Below are positions 57,842 to 64,000 of a stretch of 64,000 bases of DNA, in pieces (within the stretch, counting starts at the first letter, position 1; every line of letters begins with the position of its first letter). Both the position numbers and the translations under genes were made by a program. The notes beneath the pieces were generated by a model. The model was not told the origin of the DNA, ran no database searches, and was given only the letters and a program-made list of their open reading frames with translations. The DNA lies in assembly GCA_964016885.1 (NCBI GenBank), contig OZ024742.1, forward strand, positions 87,172,001-87,236,000, written 5' to 3'. The DNA is from Eledone cirrhosa (Eukaryota).

Positions 57842-57845
<4 letters not shown>
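57657..57845 (-). mobile_element. RTE-type LINE 3' end with (GAT)n tail
   Basis: Minus strand WDPDSSLTRRRKLSFPDVISRDTGISRQDLGPAMGDREFW..., then a stop and (ATG)n. Confidence 0.7.
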
Positions 57846-57887
<42 letters not shown>

Positions 57888-57976
57888 ATATTTCTATTGC
57901 ATTACATTTATTTATATATATATATATTTTTTTGCATTTCTTGAGGAGACTTTCCAAATATTTCACTATGTTTTAT

Positions 57977-58054
57977 ATTGCCTTGTCCGACGAACGAATG
58001 AGGACGTTTCTTTCGTGTTCGTCTTATTCGGGAAACCTCTGGTAATGAGGTAAT
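57977..58054 (+). ncRNA. type I hammerhead fold with CCGACGA (U4C) core in a short TA-bounded cassette
   Basis: ATTGCCTTGT-CCGACGA-aCGAATgAGGACG...CGTCTTATTCGg-GAAA-CCtctGG-TA^ATGAGGTAAT. Stem I has 10 bp including G-U pairs. Confidence 0.65.
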
Positions 58055-58171
58055 TATATTGTATTGTTTATTATACATTAAATTTTGCTCTGCTACTTAC
58101 ATAGAGCACTCTTCACTCCTATGACTTTTTCAATTCCAATATATGTATATGTATATATGCAATATTGACAA

Positions 58172-58286
<115 letters not shown>

Positions 58287-58498
58287 AATATAAATTAGCG
58301 AAAATCGTATTTCGGCTTTGGAATTAGCGAAATACAACTTCCCAGATGTTTGGCAGGCGCTCAATAATTCGGACGAACCAGAGCTACAACATATGTTAAA
58401 GGCCAAACATACTGAGACGAGGGTTAAACCGACATCCGCATAGCCATAGAAACGCCCAAGTAATTCGGGTCAAACAAATAAAAATATGTGATTGAAAA

Positions 58499-58543
<45 letters not shown>

Positions 58544-58670
58544 CATACATACTACTGTACGTGTGTATACATATATGTATGTACGTATACATACATACAT
58601 ACTTACGTTTAAGTAAGTGCCGTACTAAGAGAGAGAAATGAAATTTCGTTTCATTCTATTCCATTCATAC

Positions 58671-58884
<214 letters not shown>

Positions 58885-58886
58885 CT

Positions 58887-60636
<1,750 letters not shown>

Positions 60637-61020
60637 TATATATATATCATATATATATATGTATGTGTGTGACAGAAAAAGTCAGAGAGACAAAGGATAT
60701 CGAATATCTATTTATAAGGAAGTATGTAGAAAAAAACTGTTTATTTGTGCGCTTAAATACGTAGGGTTCTTTAAAAGTTTGTTTTTGTTTGTACTTTCAT
60801 GCGTATTCATTTACCAACTCAGTTTATATATTGGAATTGAAACATAATCATCGCTTACATATTCGCACACGCCTAAGCTTCCTTTAGATTTGCTGGTGTA
60901 TATTCCATCGAAATACACATTAGAGGAAAATGGATTTAAATAACCATAACATACGACATCAAACATCAGATATAAAACATATTTTTACAGAGAACGCATA
61001 TACGTTATAGTGAAGATTAA

Positions 61021-61058
<38 letters not shown>

Positions 61059-64000
61059 ATATATATATATATATACATGTATGTTGTGTGTGGGTGTGTT
61101 TATGTATGTATGTATATATGTATATATATATATTTAACCGTCCACATACACGTACTTCCTGAATGTCCATAATGTTCTTTCATAGTGACTTCTTTTCACT
61201 TATTTTGAAATAAAAAATAAAAAAATCATTTCCGTTTAATTTTATATCTCCTGTAATCAAGAAGCATTGAATAAATATTTCTACGGAAATGTATCCTAAA
61301 CCTAGATTTTGTTTGTGGTTATTATTATTGTTATTATCATTATGATCATCATCATCATCGTCGTGAACATCGTCATCACCATCTCCAACATCATTTTTAA
61401 GGTTGTCGTTGTTATTGTTTTTATATGGTTACGTGGCTTTGCAGGTGATGATGCTGCTGTTGATGATTATCTTGATGATGATGTTGATGATGAGGAATCA
61501 TGCTTTGATTTCTCCAATAAACGGATTCCCCTTTGCAAAAAAAAAACGTTATTCATTCACTATTCCTCCGTTTGAGTGCTCGTAATTAACTGAATAATGG
61601 GTATGGTTTTATTTGCTTGATATAACGTCAAGTTAGTCATTACTGCAATTTAAATGGAAAACCTATAGAATCGAACTGGGATTTTTTAGTTCAAAGCCTA
61701 TTTCCAATTCCCTTCCCCGATTAATCTCTTATCCATTGTTGACATATATTGAAAGAAAAAAAAAGCAATCGTAAAGATCCAAAATATATCTATAGAGGAT
61801 ATACAATCTCACATACATTCTATTCGCGCAGCTAACCTAGGATTGGAGAAACTACAAGTAAAACAGATACGTCAAATACAACTAAGAACTAAATAATAAT
61901 GTTTAAATATTGTATGAGATTAATGTTAAAAAAGAAATCTTCCTAATCTCTTTTTAAAATATCATCGAATGTTGTGCGAAATCCTATTTCAAAATGTTTA
62001 AATGAATTATTTTTCATTTAATCTAAAAATCCGTTGTCGTACATACAAGAATCATTAATGTGTAGCAACTGCACATTAACATTTGGTTGAAATTTCAAAC
62101 ACAATAGAACAAAGAAAAAAATAAGCAAAATAAAGTTTCACAAGTAAAAGATGTTAAGGTAACATTACTGAGAATCAACACTTGTCCACTTAGCAATATT
62201 CATGTAGGGACTTCATACATCCATAATAGCCTATTCTAAACTATTTCCATTGGATGGCTGCTTGCTTGCAGCCTTGCTTTTATTGTATCCCCATACATGG
62301 TCAGTGGAATTTTAGTTAGTAATATTTCCAGAATTTCTCTGCCAATAGCCGCACGTACTTTTAGGTCTTTGTAGTTGAACCTCACACAATAAATATAAAC
62401 ATGCGGTGGCTGACTTCAAACTTGTGACCTAGATTGTTTGACTGGGTATTTCAGTGTTTGAACCGTATATTATCCTTCATATCTTTTCACAATGATATGA
62501 TGCTGATGAGCTATTTTCTCCTTCATACAACGTGACATTGCTCATCAGCTTAAAGTCAGGCGCATCCTTTTCATAGTATTTTTTAATCTTTAAATACGTG
62601 TATGATTGCAATATATAGCCCGCCTTCCTGAACCAACAAACGTGATAGAATGATACACCAGTTCAAAATGTGTGCATGTAAGAGAAGGTGAAACAATGAA
62701 CTTCACTAGAAGATATACACAAGTGTCATAGACATTTGGTCGACTGCATATCTTCTTTTCAGAATATGAGCCATATATTTGGTATTTATTAATAGTATCA
62801 TGGACAGATTCTCATTTTAACATATATCTTAGTAACCTGTACTGTACTGCTCTAATATATGAGATGTTTGTATAGCAGACTTAGATGTATTTTTTTTTTT
62901 TTTTTGCCAATTTTGAAGTATACACTCTTGACAAGAACAATCCATTAGAACAGGCATACAATATTTAAGTAAGAAGTAAGTGTGCAACAAATAATACATA
63001 ACTAACACTTCTGATGCACAACATTAACATAATTGATAGGTACAGAGTAGAGTTAGATATGTACTGCAATATTTGGGAAATGATAAGGTTTCGATTGGTC
63101 ATTATTTGGTCATTATTTTAATCCTTTATTATAAACTGTTACATGTTTGTAAAAATTAAAAGAACGTGTATATGCCCACAATCTCAGCTTGAAGCATTCT
63201 TACTTAGTAATTGTTACTAAATTATTTTCCGCAAAGTTTGAAACGTAGCCTCATTGTCAGAAACCATTTGTGATTAGTACCGGTATTGGAATCATATATT
63301 TTATATCTGCCATGGGATTTTTTGCCACTTTTGAAAAAATGATCATAGCAATTTCTATTCACTTCAAATAGAATTGGCATTAACTTGGCATTAAAATGTA
63401 GATGACAACCATGTATTTCAAGTGTAGAACCTGGAATCGACCCCCCCCCCCCCCCCATATGTTTATTATAAATAATCCTAATAGGCATATATTGGCAGGT
63501 ATCTTAACTGAATCTCTAGAGCATGGGGCAAAATACCGAAGGCATTTTATAACGACTAGTTATGTTCTAAGTTGAAATTGCTCGAAGGTCTGTTTTCCTT
63601 TTCATATCTCCAATATCAGGAAAATGCCAAACAGTCAGGTATGTGAGTTGATATAATCAGCAGTATGTTTCCATAAAATACAACATTTCTGATACCCAGT
63701 TTACGATTATCACTCATTACCGAGCGATTCAGCTAATTCCTGCTGTTTATCCGTACTCTTGCGTGAGTCGAGTAAATATTAATTAAAATGGCGTGCATAT
63801 TTCGATGTTTATATCTACTTACATAAATAATGAATTGGATAGAACCGTGATATAAATCCCAACACAGAGGAAACTTGTAATGTAGTATAATATAATTATA
63901 TGAAAATCAATATCTGTTTTCTCTTGAAAGACAACATCATGGTATTTCATTATAATCAAATCAGGAGAGGTCGTAACTCGGAAATAGAAGCACACGCAGG

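Noticed and set aside
58399-58475. CTGAGACGA...GAAAC...GGGTC hammerhead-like string
   Set aside because: Core spacing is wrong and the stems do not pair.

Overview
This is an AT-rich eukaryotic window packed with (TA)n, (CA)n and (TG)n microsatellites. It is probably an invertebrate, and the repeat content looks cephalopod/octopod-like (inference). Most ORF-track entries are IYIYIY translations of microsatellites. The only host coding sequence I can support is one 153-bp phase-1/1 exon encoding a WAP domain of the LEV-9/Hasp type (17328-17480), so the window is probably mostly intron. The rest is retroelement sequence: Penelope-like elements (PLEs; three with a C-terminal GIY-YIG, two of them with the CxCx5C linker, plus one Neptune/Nematis-like RT), two L1/Tx1-type LINEs, an R4/Dong-type RLE LINE, RTE and CR1-like fragments, and a non-autonomous Helitron. 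Two patterns stand out. (1) At least seven insertions flanked by (TA)n or AT-rich repeats share one asymmetric fold-back layout, with two inverted arms of which only one carries a 3' tail. (2) These and nearby elements carry atypical type I hammerhead ribozyme folds: 85-88-nt rod-like stem II, U3-A8 compensatory cores, U4 variants, a non-coding 595-bp tandem retrozyme-like monomer, and a mini-element carrying only the 3' half of a hammerhead. All folds were paired by eye and none has been tested.
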